A stretch of DNA of 64,000 nucleotides from the NCBI GenBank assembly GCA_028534125.1, contig CM052837.1, forward strand, positions 36,332,001-36,396,000, in the 5' to 3' direction. Position 1 is the stretch's first letter; every line of letters begins with the position of its first letter. The DNA is from Lama glama (lineage: Eukaryota). The position numbers were made by a program, and so were the translations under genes. Below the pieces are notes generated by a model, which saw only the letters and a list, made by a program, of their open reading frames with translations, had not been told where the DNA came from and did not search any database. Positions 15,725-28,186 of the stretch are shown in pieces.

Positions 15725-15740
15725 CAGCGCCCCCTGGTGG
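15725..15740 (-). promoter_or_regulatory. CTCF consensus site
   Basis: Reverse complement CCACCAGGGGGCGCTG is a near-perfect CTCF motif in a CpG-rich patch. Confidence 0.65.
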
Positions 15741-16727
15741 TTCCCGTCGCGGGCCAGCTGCTCGGCCAAGGCGGGAATTGCCGCGTGGAGGCATCGTTCT
15801 CCACGGTGGGGAGAAAACGATGAAGCCCAGAGAAGGATGATGTAACTTAAAAAAAAAAAAGCAGCAGAAGGCAACCCTGAAGACTCAGGGGATGAGGGGC
15901 AGGGAGAGCCCCTCTGCGCTTGGTGACCCTCCCAAGGAGCCAGACCTGGGCTGTGTTGCCCTGAGGGATGGGCAGAGCCCTGGGGATGGCGCGCGGGGTC
16001 CCCAGCTCCGTGGTGGCAGGTGGCCCCTCGTCCCCCGCGCTGCCAGGGGCCTGCAGAGCTGAGGCCACTGGGGGGAGCCTCCTGGGGCCAAGATGACCAG
16101 ACACAACAGGAGGTGAAGGCACAGATTTTTCCTTCAGGAGAGTTTCTGAGCAAAGGCCTTTTTCTGGACGTGGTTCTGCGCCTCCCTCCAGAGGGGGCAG
16201 CTGGTTGCATGGGCCTCTCCCCTTCACGTCCAGGTAGGGGTGTTCAGGCCCTGCCTCCTGTGTGTGGCCCCCTACACTCCCACCTGGCCTTCCTCCCTCT
16301 CCCCGGCCTTCCCAGGTGCTGCCCCCACGTGGCCGACCTGAAGAGGGGCTCCGTGATGCTCTGCGGGGGTGCCCGCCGCCTCCCCGAGAACGCCTGCTGT
16401 GGGGCTGCGATGGCAAATCTCACACCCTCCAGACACACTCAGGGTCCTGGGATCCCTGCTCCAGACGCCGGGTCCCCTCAGCGGGCAGAGGCCCTGGGGT
16501 CAAGGGTCCTAGAACACGGGGTCCTGCAGGTTGAGTTTTCCTCGGCAGAGTGAGAGCTGGGGGCTCTGGGTCGGGGGTCGACCCTGCAGGCAGGCGGTGA
16601 GCGGGCAGGTCTGTACACAGAGCCCTGTGCTTGTGCGCCGAGGACGGGCACCACAGGGCTAATGAGCCGCCAGCCGGCTGCCCGCAGACCTGCGGTGATC
16701 CCGTGCTCACATCTGCTTCTCCATCAG

Positions 16728-16804
16728 ATGCTGGACGAGAACCACCACCTGATCCAGTGCATCCTGGACTACCAGAGCAAGGGCAAGGCTGCCGAGTGCA
16801 CCCA
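16728..16804 (+). CDS. SS18L1: SS18L1 exon 2 (SNH domain)
   Basis: MLDENHHLIQCILDYQSKGKAAECT(Q); cag/gtaagt; 77 nt. Confidence 0.96.
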
Positions 16805-17369
16805 GTAAGTGGCCACGCCACCCAGGCCCGTCCTGCCTCCCCTGGGGCTTAGCCACCTGGGTGAGTGGGGCTGTGGGGTCAGCTGAGCTGCTGAGATGCC
16901 CCTTGGAGGGCAGCCTCGCTCCCCCTGGCTCACTGCCCCTGAGAGGTGCCAGGTTTGGAGGGACACAGGAGTGTGGGGGGAGGGGATGGCTGCAGGGGGT
17001 GTCCAGGCTGGCCACACCAGGGGATAGCAGGCTCCTCCAGATAGGCCCTCGTGTGACCCCGGGGCCAGATGCAGAGTCACAGGGGCATTCTGACTGTGTC
17101 GAGTTAGCCTGGTGCCAGTGTCCACTGGAGGAGGCTGGTCCCCTGGCATCCCCTCCTGCATCCTTCCAGCTCTGCCTTGTTGTGACCCACCCTGACTTCT
17201 GTCCCCTGAGCAGACCTGGTGGCACCCCCACCTCCTTGGCCTCCACCACCACCACCCCTCCCCTCCCCGCCTGGCCCATCTCAGACCACCAAGTGTTCTG
17301 CCCCCAGCCCCGTCCCCTGGGCAAGGCTGTCTTGTGGCTCCTCTGCTTCACCTGCACCCCTCCCTGCAG

Positions 17370-17454
17370 GTACCAGCAGATTCTGCACCGGAACCTGGTC
17401 TACCTGGCCACGATCGCAGACTCCAACCAGAACATGCAGTCCCTGCTGCCCGCC
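17370..17454 (+). CDS. SS18L1: SS18L1 exon 3
   Basis: YQQILHRNLVYLATIADSNQNMQSLLPA; cag/gtgagt; 85 nt. Confidence 0.96.
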
Positions 17455-18730
17455 GTGAGTGCCTGCCAACGGGGGGGAGGGGCTCCCCCTTGCCCATTGC
17501 AGTCAGGCAGGGCCTCAGACCCCTTGGGGTTCCCTGCAGCAGCTCAGGGGACTGATGGCGTGAGTGGTGTGGGTGGGACTCCCTGACATACAGAAAGTGA
17601 ACTGGTTGAGGTCCTGCTGTCGGCTTCTTTAGCAAAGGGAGGTGACCCAGGGAAGCCAAACCTAAACAGTGGGAAGCAGGTCTGGGGGAAAACAAGAAGG
17701 GGGCCCAGGGATTCCGGCTTGTCACTGTGAGCCACTCTGAGCGACTTGAAATTTGTGACCTATGAGCATGCATTGCTCTGATTCACCCACAAAACTTTAA
17801 AAGGTGCCAGCACAGTAAACCCTTCCAGTGTGAATGTAAACATGTTACTTTCTGTTAGACTTTTAAAACTGTATCTTCCCCACATTAAATTGTTGCTGGG
17901 AAAGCAGGGTCCAGCAGCGGCTGCCTCAGGCCTCCTTCGAGGTGAGCAGAGAGGCACAGCCGTGGTGACCGGGGTGGCTGCTGGGTTCCAGCACAAATGT
18001 GGTGCTGGCAGCAGCCAACCTCCCAAGGCCCCTGGCCCCGGGAACACGGTGACATTGTGAACACCAGGATGTGTTTTGCTAGTAAGGATGTTACACCAGT
18101 CTTGATTGCCCAGTCACGTCGGGGTCCCTCACCCTGCAGATGCCAGCGATCCTGCTGGAAACTCCATTTCCTTGGCCAGGTGTAGACAGCTTTGATCTGA
18201 ACCTTCGGAGCGGCTGTTTGATCCAGACCTGGGGGGTGGGGGTGCAGGGGGCCGCTTGTAAGCTCCACCTCCCTCCTGTGTCCTGTGACCAGAGGTGGGC
18301 TTGGGGGTGGGCCAGGAGGGGGCAGGGTGCCTGGGGCACAGGTCTGGCCATACAAGGACCCTAGGGCGCAGGGGCTGTGAGGGACAGGGCCGGCCGGCCT
18401 GCTGAGACCCAGTGGGGTGGGGAGGGGGTGGAGCAGGATGACACAGCTGGTGGGACGGCAAAGCAGTTCCCTGAACCCCGGGAAGGGGACCCAGCTTTGG
18501 GCCTCCAAATGTGCGTTGATAAGCTTGGCTGGCGCTTGGTGGGTGTGTCATCTCCATCTTGGCCTGAGTGTCTGGGCCGGTCGTCCGTGGTCGTCCCTCC
18601 AAGGGATTAGAGGCGTCCGCCGGGTGGCCGTGAAGTGAGGCTGCAACTCTCAGGGACAGCTGAACCTGGAGTGGCTTCTGGTGGCTGTTCTGAGTTAACG
18701 GTCCTCTCGGTGACCTTCCTGTTGCCACAG

Positions 18731-18875
18731 CCGCCCACCCAGAGCATGACGCTGGGCCCCGGAGGGCTGTCCCAGAGTGGCTCCAGCCAGGGCCTGCACT
18801 CCCAGGGAAGCCTCAGTGATGCCATCGGCGCGGGCCTGCCGCCGTCCTCCCTCATGCAGGCCCAGATCGGCAACG
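18731..18875 (+). CDS. SS18L1: SS18L1 exon 4
   Basis: PPTQSMTLGPGGLSQSGSSQGLHSQGSLSDAIGAGLPPSSLMQAQIGN; cag/gtcagt; 145 nt. Confidence 0.94.
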
Positions 18876-19331
18876 GTCAGTAGCCGGGGCGTGTCGGGGT
18901 CAGGTCGGGTCTAGGGAACAGAACAGGCCCTGGGCGGCTGGGACCCTCTGCTCCAGGGGGGCCCTTCCACGGGCACATGTGTGCGGTAGCAAGCAGGGGA
19001 GTAAAGCCCTCACTCCAGGGCCCCTGCTTGGCTGCGACACTGTCGGTTTGGGGCCACATCATCTCAGCATGAGCTTCTGTGGGGGCTTCCGTAGACATTC
19101 CTGTCCTTGGGTCAAGAACCACTAAAGCCACCGGGAACCACTGACGACAGCGTAGCAGTGGGCCGGCAGCTCCTCTTCAGCATCAGGCCCCTTCCCGTCG
19201 TTCGTGGGGCCACGGACCTCGGTCGGCCTCCTCCTCGCAGTCGCTGGAAGGAAGCGCGGGTCCTGGCACGAGGCCAGGGCTGCCGTCAGGGGGTTTCGGT
19301 GGGTTTCAGTCTCCCCTGCCCCTCCTGGCAG

Positions 19332-19529
19332 GCCCAAACCACGTGTCCATGCAGCAGACGGCGCAGAGCACGCTGCCCACGACCTCCATGAGCATGTCCG
19401 GCAGCAGCCACGGCTCAGGGCCCGGCTACAGCCACTCCGGCCCGGCCTCGCAGAGCGTGCCTCTGCAGGGCCAGGGCACCATCAGCAACTACGTGTCTCG
19501 GGCCAACATCAACATGCAGTCCAACCCAG
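19332..19529 (+). CDS. SS18L1: SS18L1 exon 5
   Basis: GPNHVSMQQTAQSTLPTTSMSM...NINMQSNP; cag/gtaccg; 198 nt. Confidence 0.94.
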
Positions 19530-19849
19530 GTACCGCCCCGCCCGGCCCCGGGACCCTCCCACGCGGGCGCAGACCGCCCTCCGCCGGCAGCTTCCGGACG
19601 GCCGGGGGCCAGCAGGTGCAGGCCAGGCGGGGGCCAGTGCTGAGGGGCTAGGCTGTTCCCTGCAGCAGCTTCAGGGAAGCTCTGAGGAGGGGTGGCATGC
19701 GCCTCGCTGGGAGGACAGGTAGGGGCGCGGCATGGCCAGTGCACAGGAGCGGGGAGCGTGCAGGGCAGGCCCAGGGGCCCCACGGGTGGGCCTCCCACTG
19801 CGGTGACCGCTCAGGGCCCTGAGCACCTGGGCAGCATCAGGTCCAGGCT

Positions 19850-20060
19850 GGGGTGCCCATGAGTGTCAGACGCCCGGTTTCAAAGGCTTAGCACAGAAAA
19901 AGGGGACGTGAGTATGTCCCCCGTTCTCGTTAGGTTCACTGCGGGTTGGAAACAATCTATTTTGGGCATATTGAGTCAGACAGAGCGTGTCACTGAGATA
20001 GATGCCCCCTGTTCGTTTTCACTTGCCTGACACGGCTCCCACCCTGCCGTGCTGGCCACG
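19850..20060. mobile_element. MER33-like hAT relic
   Basis: ttcaaaggcttagcacagaaaaagg...attttgggcatattgagt resembles a heavily GC-shifted MER33. Confidence 0.35.
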
Positions 20061-20307
20061 CTGCTCCAGGGGTCGCGGGCAGGGGTTACATGGAAGGACA
20101 GGCCTGAGTCTGGGGACGGGCGAGGTGCCAGGCTCCCCGGGACCAGCCTCAGGGGCTTGGGAGTAGGTGGGTGGGAGTCTCATGGTTCCTGAGGAAAAGG
20201 GCAGGGCGCAGGGACGTCCTGGCCCGGAGGAGGGCGGTCGGGCTGGGTGGGGGAGGATGCCGCCCCAGGGGCTTCTCGGGTTATTCGGGGTCTGTCATGT
20301 CGCCCAG

Positions 20308-20469
20308 TGTCCATGATGCACCAGCAGGCGGCCTCGTCCCACTACGGCTCGGCCCAGGGCGGGAGCCAGCACTACCAGGGCCAGTCCATGGCCATGATGG
20401 GCCCGAGCGGGCAGGGGAGCAGCATGATGGGGCAGCGGCCCCTGGCGCCCTACCGGCCCTCCCAGCAAG
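20308..20469 (+). CDS. SS18L1: SS18L1 exon 6
   Basis: VSMMHQQAASSHYGSAQGGSQHYQGQSMAMMG...YRPSQQ; cag/gtgagg; 162 nt. Confidence 0.94.
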
Positions 20470-20608
20470 GTGAGGGGAGCGGGGCGCGGAGCCAGGGGAG
20501 TTCTTTGGCGATGAGTGAGGATGTGTGGGGGCTCTGGAGTTACACAGGCGTTCGAGGCCCGCCCTGCTCCTGGAGGCCAGCCGGGAGCCCCTGGGGATCG
20601 GTGTTGGT

Positions 20609-20704
20609 GGGGCTGGGGCTGGGGCTTTGGGCTGGGGCTGGGGCTGGGGCTTGGGGCTTGGGGCTGGGGCTGGGGCTTGGGGCTGGGGCTGGGGCTGGGG
20701 CTGG
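20609..20704 (+). repeat. (GGGGCT)n hexamer repeat in SS18L1 intron 6
   Basis: About 15 units with occasional extra T. Confidence 0.95.
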
Positions 20705-20823
20705 CGCATGAAAGCAGACTGCCCAGTTTCCCCTGGGGCCCCCGTGGGGTGTCCTCTGGTTGGAGGGTGGCCCATTAGGGAGGCTCCTGGGTCCAGGGTG
20801 ACGTGCCGTGCTGCCCCCCGCAG

Positions 20824-20928
20824 GCTCATCGCAGCAGTACCTCGGCCAGGAAGAGTACTACGGTGGCGAGCAGTACGGCCACGGCCAGGCCGCCTCGGAG
20901 CCCGTGAGCCAGCCGTACTACCCCGACG
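20824..20928 (+). CDS. SS18L1: SS18L1 exon 7
   Basis: GSSQQYLGQEEYYGGEQYGHGQAASEPVSQPYYPD; cag/gtgagg; 105 nt. Confidence 0.94.
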
Positions 20929-21752
20929 GTGAGGCCCTGCCGCCCCGCCACCCACCCAGGGTCCCCAGGGCGTGGGGCAGGCCAGTCCCTGCACAGAGAG
21001 GCTCCCAGCACAGCCTGCAGCCACTGGCCTCCTTGGGGCAGGGTGTGTAGTCCCCTGAGTGGACGGATATGAACGTCCTAAAGATGGGGGGGGTCCCATC
21101 ACGTTGGGAAGTGCCTCCAGGAAGGGGCACATTGAGCTGTCGTGTCTCCTAACACTCACCTCCCAGCTGCTCCGTTACGGTTTCTGCAGGTCATTTTCCG
21201 TTTCCACATCACCTTTCAGTGCCTTCAAATAGCCCCCGGATTTATGTTGGGGGCATTTAAAGTGGCCACAGAGGATGGGTGGGATTTGGGGAGGACCCCC
21301 AGTCAGGGAACCATGTGACTGGGTCAGACAGTGGGCAGCGGGGAGGTGACTGAGACCAGTGCAGGGCCAGCCTTGGCTGCTCCACGTAAGGGAAACCAGG
21401 CCTCACGAGGGGCCGGGCGCCCCGACAGAACACAAGCGGGCGGCGGGATGGTGACCTGCAGCAACGTTAAAGCCAGCAGCCTCTAGTGTGTATCACGTGT
21501 GAGGCACCGAGTGTCCTCTGTCCTCTGTGACTGAGGCTCATTGTCTGCACACTCCCTGAGGAGCAGGGTGGCCACCTGTACTTTCAAGCAAGGGACCCGC
21601 GGCTGCCTGACAGCATGGGCTCCGTCTGTGGGGAAAACCAGGCCGGCGCCCAGCCCGAGCTCTCCTGACCTGACCGCTGTGTTCACAGCTGTCACTCCGG
21701 GGCCTGGGTGGCCGGGGGCCTCGCTGACCGCACGGCACCCGTTTGCTTGCAG

Positions 21753-21845
21753 GACACGGCGATTACGCCTACCAGCAGTCGTCCTACCCGGAGCAGAGCT
21801 ACGACCGGCCGTTTGAGGAGCCCACGCAGCACTACTACGAGGGCG
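21753..21845 (+). CDS. SS18L1: SS18L1 exon 8
   Basis: GHGDYAYQQSSYPEQSYDRPFEEPTQHYYEG; cag/gtaagg; 93 nt. Confidence 0.94.
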
Positions 21846-23082
21846 GTAAGGCTGCCGCCGCGCCCAGGGCGTGTCGCGTGCGGGCTTTCTGGGCCTGGAG
21901 GCTGGGCACCGCGTCCCTGCTCGCCCGTGTGTGCATAAAGCATACCCACCACCGGGTCCAGCTGCCAGCTTGGGGCCTGTGAGCTGGTCTCAGGGCTCCT
22001 CAGTCAAGACCGTCAGTTGTTCCAAACTCAGCAGGCGGGAAGGTGGACGGCAGGGACCCAGGCAGCCTCTCCCCTCACGCCCACCTCCCAAGCCAGGCGG
22101 GCAGAACACGTGGGCATGTTGCTGTGCTGAGTGTGGCCGGAGTGTGTCTTCAAACACCTGCTGGCCAGGTAAGGCGCATCTCTGGGTGGGGCCTCGGCAG
22201 GTGGAGGGTGAGGCAGGGCGCGCTGGAAGTGGCTCCCCAGGTGGAAAGCCCTGGTCTGGAGCGTTCGCCCATGTCCCCGCCGGCTGACTTAAAGCCGCCA
22301 AAGTGACGTCACCAAGTACAGAATGGGGAAGAAGCAGGCATAGTCTGTTCTCAAGTGGGTGCCAGCTAGACCCAGGCCGTAGGGTGAGGGTACCTCCCCC
22401 CACCCTCAGGAGGCCCCGAAACATGGGGGATGTGAGGTCAGCTGGCTCCGATCCCAGCCTCCCTGATCAGTGGTGGGAAAACCTAACTGCTCCAGGAAGG
22501 CCCTAGAGAGGAAAAAACAAACAATAAATACAAAACGGGTGACTTGAAAATGTGACTTTTTTGGTGGCATTTTTTCAATTGTAAAAATACTTGAAATTTA
22601 CCGTTTAGCTGTTTTGAAGTGCATCTCCAGTCAGTGGCATTAAGCACTTCACATTGTGCTGCAGCCACCACCACCGTCACCTCCAGAACCTTCTCGTGCT
22701 CCCAGGCTGAAACTTTGCCCCAGTCAACACTAACCGCCCAGCACTTCCCCTCCCCAGCCCCTGGCACCCACTCTGTCTCGGATTTGACGATTCTCAGTAC
22801 CTCATGTGAGTGGAATCATGCAGTATTCGCCTTTTTGTGACTGGTCTGTTTCACTCAGCATAATGTCCTCACGGTTCATCCGTGTTGCAGCAGGTGTCAG
22901 AACCCCCTTCCTCTTTAAGGCTGAATGACATTCCGCTGTATGTCTAGACCACATTTTGCTCATCTGTTTCCCTGTCGATGGACACTGGGTTGCTCCCCCC
23001 GTTTGGCTATTGTGAATAATGCTGTTGTGAAAATGGGTTTACAGATAACTCTTGGAAATCTTGCTTTCAGCTCTTCAGGGCA

Positions 23083-23639
23083 CAGGCAGACCTCTGAGAT
23101 ATTGCGGGTTTGGCTCCAGACCACCGCGATAAAGTGAATATTGCAGTAAAACCAATCACGTGAATTTTTGGTTCATAGTCTGTGAAGGGCACAGTGGCAT
23201 TATGTCAAAAACAAAGTATACATACCTTACTTTAAAAATAAAAAGCAAATGAGTAATTACATTAGTAACATAAAAGACCACTGATCGCTGATCACAGTAA
23301 CAAACGTAATAATAAAAAAGGCTGAAATGTTGGGAGAATTGCCAAAGCGACACAGACATGAAGGGAGCAAATGCTGTTGGAAAAATGGCCCCAATAGACT
23401 TGCTTGCGATGCAGGGTCACCTCAAGCTTTCAGTTTTTTTGGTTTTTTAAAAAGTTTTTTAATGGGGTTAGAGAGAGGTAATTAGGTTTATTTATTTCTT
23501 TAGTGGAGGTGCTGGGGGTTGAACCCAGGACCTTGTGCATGCTAAGCCTGTGTGTGCTCTACCGCTGAGCTGCGCGAGGCCTCGGACCCGGAGCCGCACT
23601 GCGGTTATCTGCGCAGCACAGTAAAGCAGGGTCTGCCTG
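23083..23639 (+). mobile_element. Internally deleted Tigger1 DNA transposon
   Basis: Starts caggcagacctctgagatattgcgggtttggctccagaccaccgc and ends gtaaagcagggtctgcctg (inverted termini). Confidence 0.8.
23433..23575 (-). mobile_element. tRNA-derived SINE (Vic-1-like) nested in Tigger1
   Basis: ggggttgaacccaggaccttgtgcatgctaagc...ctctaccgctgagct. Confidence 0.8.
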
Positions 23640-25969
23640 CGAGTCCCTGGAGCTGGAGGGTCTGGATCATGTGCTCATTCCATTGTTAACATTTTGAGGA
23701 ACTTCTGTACTGTTTTCCGAAGCACAGCTTTGACTCTTGGTTACACACGGTAGGAGAGTGTAGAAAGTCTGGGAAGTACGGGGGAAGTCACCCTGGAGGC
23801 TGTGCTGTGGTCACTCACCTGTGTTTCCCCGTGCGGCGTCTTGTGTTCGCACGTGTGGGTCTTGGCTCCCGGACACACGCTCAGACCAGCCTCCTGATGC
23901 CGGGGAGTCGGTTCCCTAAGGACTCTACCCGGGGCTGTCCCCTCGCCAGGCAGGCACCTCACACCCTGGCCCCACCTGTGCCCGGAGCAGGTGCAGTGAC
24001 CTGGCTGGATTAGAATGCTTGTGACAAGTGTAAGACGAGGGACCCGAGGAGCTTGAGCATCTCAAAGTCAAGTTGTTTACGAGCAGCTCACGCCCCCCGC
24101 CGCTCTCACACACTGGCTGGCTGCGTGTTGGCTGTTCTCCATGAACAAGTGGATTTTCCCCGGCTTTCTCCCGCACCGCGATGCAGGCAGCCATCTGCGT
24201 GGCGGTCAGTCTTGCCTTTAGTCACGACCAGAGGAAGCACACCTGTAGCCCCCCGTGAACACCTGGGCACCACTGACGCTGTCCTCCAGGGGACCTGCTT
24301 TTTTTCACCTCAGCTCTCGCTGTTGGCAACGGTGTCAGCGAGCCATCTCTGCACACCACGTGCCCATCACCTTGGAGGTTTCTCGAGAACGAGGCCCCGT
24401 GGCAGGACCCTGGGCGCATGGGCAGCTTCGTGGGCCCTTGACTGGCTGCTGCTTGTGCCAGTGGCACACGTGCAGGAGGCTCGAGGGATCGGGCCGATCA
24501 GGGAGGGCTGTGCCCACGAAAGGGGGCCCCTCATGGCAGGACACTGCAGAGCGCAGCTGCGGCCAGGGGCCATGGGGAGGTAGGTCCTGGGGAGGGGGCC
24601 CATGAGTCTAGGTCGTGTCGCCAGCAGTGCGGCTCCAGGTCTGAGGCCTCGTAACCGCAGGGCCCTGACCTGTCAGTGGGTGGCAGCTGCCCGTGAGGTT
24701 CCATTTCACCAGGCACACCGAGCAGGCACACTTGAAGTGGATAAATGTTTGCTGGTTTGAGCCATTTTAAAAACAGTCACATGTGTGAAATTCAGAGTCT
24801 GGTGCGGCGGGCGTTTGAACGCCTGGGTGTCAGTGCCGCGAGGAGAGGTCCCACCCAGGCAGCCCTCGGCCCAGTGGGGCTGGTCCCTGCAGCCCCTCCC
24901 CAGCCTTTCGCGCCCTGCGCCTCCGCGGCTCCGTTCCAGCAGATCCTGAGAGCTAAGAGCGTCCCGCGGACAGTCGCCTGGGACAAGTCCTTCGGAGCCT
25001 GAAGCGCATGTTTCTGTACCTCGTTTTGGGTCACAAATTCTTGTCTTCTGAGATTGATGAGGAGTTTGCAAAAACATTCAGTAACTTCCTTTAAGGCAGG
25101 TGTGGCAGCCGGCACGGCCTCCTCCTGGAGCTGGAGGCGCTTTGTTCCACCCTCTTGTTCACGCCGGCTGCATGGGGCCACACAGGTGTCCGCGGCACCG
25201 GCGCCTTCAGCGCACAGCGTGCTGGGTCGCGTCGGGGCACAGACCGCCTGCGGCCACTCGGAGAACAGGGCTGTGGGCGGGAGTGGTGAGGGGGACACTG
25301 AAGCCGACAGAAAGAACTTCCTAGGAACTGGATTCGTCCCCCAGCGGGAAGAGGAAGCCGTGGGCACGGGTGGCTGGTCCTGGGGTTGTTCACGGGAGGC
25401 GGGCCCCGGAGTGAAAGGCATTAACGTGGAGGACCAGCGGCTGGAAGGGGCCAGGGCATGGCCGACCCAGCCGGGCCGGACGAGGGGTTTGGGGCCACCC
25501 CAGAGCCTCTGCAGGATCCTTGAAGTCCCGACAGCATTCCCCCCCAACCCAGACGTCTGCAGCAGCAAAGGCTGGACAGAGCTGTTGTCCCGTGACATGT
25601 CCGGGGGCACAGCTGTGGTAGGTCGCCTGGGTCGTGCCGGGTGTGCAGCATCAGGTATCTGGGTGCCCCTTCTGAGTGAAAACAAAGGGCACCGAGAGTG
25701 AGCGCTGACACTCCCTGCCGGGAGCGACTCTGGAGGGGTGCCGGGTCGGGACAGCAGTGGAGAGGGCAGGGGCCGTGAGGCTGGGGCTGGGCAGGCTGGA
25801 GGTGCCTGCCTTCCTCCCTGGACCTCTCCAAGGTGGACTTGGTGGTGGACTTGGTTTGTTTTCACGTTTCTGAATCATGTGAGTGTATCTGCCTGTTTAG
25901 AAATCGAATTAAAACTATTCAGTATTGATGGTCACTGAAAATCAGAGACTAACCCTGTGGCCACTCAGA

Positions 25970-26200
25970 TCCTTCTGGGGGCTGTGAGGGGAGCGCTGTC
26001 CCGGGCTCTGTCCACCTCCAGGGCCCTGGTCTCCGCCATCACCCAGCCTTCCCTGTGTCTGTGTCTGAATCTTAAACAGACACCAGTCAGTGGGTTGGTG
26101 GGTCAGTGGGTGGGGGCCCCCCCTTAACCAATTACGTCTGCAAAGACCTTGTTTCTGGGAAAGACACGTTCACGGGTTCCCAGGTCAGGACTCCAGCGAA
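25970..26200. mobile_element. MLT1 LTR fragment
   Basis: acaccagtcagtggg...ttaaccaattacgtctgcaaagaccttgtttc...ggtcaggact. Confidence 0.55.
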
Positions 26201-26436
26201 TCTTTTGGGGCTTGCTGGTCTTTGTCTTGATTGCATTAACCGCTTCGTTGTGGCCGTGTGTTTGTCTCTCTGTAAGACAGTAAGGGGAAGTGTAACGAAA
26301 CATCTGAACTCTCGTGGGGAAGAAGAGGCGCTGAACGGCGGACTCGGTCTCGGGGTCCCGGCGCTGCCCGCGCCTCCAGGACGACGGAGCCACCGTTGCT
26401 CTCCGGAAACAAGCTCGTGTCTCCTTCCCTCTGCAG

Positions 26437-26556
26437 GAAACTCCCAGTACAGCCAGCAGCAGGCGGGGTACCAGCAGGGCACGGCGCAGCAGCAGACGTA
26501 CTCCCAGCAGCAGTACCCCAACCAGCAGGGCTACCCCGGGCAGCAGCAAGGCTACG
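26437..26556 (+). CDS. SS18L1: SS18L1 exon 9
   Basis: GNSQYSQQQAGYQQGTAQQQTYSQQQYPNQQGYPGQQQGY; cag/gtgagg; 120 nt. Confidence 0.95.
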
Positions 26557-28186
26557 GTGAGGGGCGCCGTCCCCCGCAGACCCGGGCCCCACAGAACTCA
26601 GCCCCGGGCTCCCGGGGTGCCACTGGGCTGGGGCAGCTCCGGCTTTCCTTGTCTTTCTTGACCTTGGCACTTGTGAGGAAGGCTGGGTGGGCACTTCAAA
26701 ACCCCCCCCTGAGGTGGGGTTTGCCTGGCCTTCTCCTCAGGGTGGTCTTGGGTTCTGGGTTTTGGAAAGAAGACCACAGGGGTGGAGGGCCTTGGCATCA
26801 CCTCGGTTGGCATGGCTTGTCTCTGCCGAGGCTGACCTCAGTCACTGGGTCACGGGTGGCGCCAGGCCTGCCAACCGTGGGGCCGCACCTTCCCTCTCCC
26901 CCTCCAGACTCCGGGGTCACCGAGTCCAGCCCCATTAAGGGGGCACTGTCTACACAGATTGTTTGGATTTCGTCTTTGGGAAGATGGGTCTCTCCCTGTT
27001 CACTTAGTTGTGAATCGTTTGTTTATGCTGGTAGGCGTTGGCGGGTATTAATCTCACACATTGGGTTACAATCCAACACTCCTTTATTCTGTTGTTCAGA
27101 CTGTCCCAGCCCTGCTCTCAGGAGCTCATCCAGTTGACACCTGTGTCCCTGGGACGCACCCCAGGCTTTGAGTGCTTTCTTGTTTCTGGGACCACAGGTT
27201 TCCCCGCAGTGTTAGAAGCAGCCACTTCCCCAAAGAGCCGTGGTTCCTGTTACTGGAGAACAGTCCAGGGGCAGGTGGACCTCATCTGAGCCCAGTCCAC
27301 TTGACATTCACCTGGCTCAGTGCACGTGTGGCCCGTCTGACAGCAGCGCCTGGAAGTGCCCGGCCCTCCGTCGGCCTTGGTTCACCAGAGAGGGCTCCCG
27401 GAGTGGGAAGGGGCCAGGGGAGCCCGTCGGACAGAAAAGTGGGCTAGGGGAGCTTGGTGAGCTCAGGGAGACGCCCTGGCCCGTGGAGGAGATGAGCACG
27501 ATGTAGGCTCAGTCTCCCCGGGGTCTGGCCGCCCCACAGAGCAACGTGCCACCAGGACTAGAGCCCTCTCTGGTCTCCCCGGGCAGGTGGACCTGAAGCA
27601 GTGCCCCCTGGCCATTTGCCTGCGGGTCGTGCCCTGACCCTCTCAGGAGAGGTGCTGGGCTGTGCCCCCCGGAGCCCAGAGTGTCTCTGACGTTTCCGTG
27701 TCCGGAGGGCAACGTCCTGACACCCCACAGGGGGATGGCCTCACAGGCCCACCCCAGTAACAGCCGTCCTCCGGCCTGACATGGACGAGCAGGTGTCAGT
27801 TCAGCGAGAGGGCGAGTTCAGTGGGTGCAAGGCGTCCCTCCGCCACCCCCGGAAACATCCTAGTTCAGCTCAAACACCGTCCCTCCCCAAACCGCACGTC
27901 CAGGCCGGCGGGTCTGCAGCCTCCCCGTGGAGCCACCTGGGAGGCTTTGGCAAGGTGGGGCGTCGGCGTGGCCCCACGTGTGAGGCAGCGCACTGGGCTC
28001 ACAGGTGATTCCGATTCGCGTGAGGCGGGAACGCTGGTGTCATCAGTTCTTCCCAGAGCCTCCCCGGGCTCCACTGAATGGTTCCGCCTGCTATGTGCCT
28101 TCGCCATTTGCTGTGACTTCACCTCATGTTTGCACTGACCACCAGGACAGGCGGGGGGATGCTAAGAGCGGCCCCCAGCCCCGTCC

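Larger units (their letters stand above)
22560..23730 (-). mobile_element. L1M (L1MA/MB-like) 3' fragment interrupted by Tigger1
   Basis: cagtggcattaagcacttcacattgtgc...gtggaatcatgcagtatt...ttggctattgtgaataatgctg; L1 sequence resumes at 23640 (tggatcatgtg...ttttgaggaact). Confidence 0.8.

Noticed and set aside
19332-19529. 6-aa insertion in SS18L1 exon 5 relative to human
   Set aside because: The 402-aa total matches my recollection of mouse SS18L1, so this is probably the ancestral state
24792-27137. 357-aa minus-strand and 343-aa plus-strand ORFs in SS18L1 introns 8-9
   Set aside because: No recognisable domain; the second is exon 9 read through into flanking intron and LTR sequence
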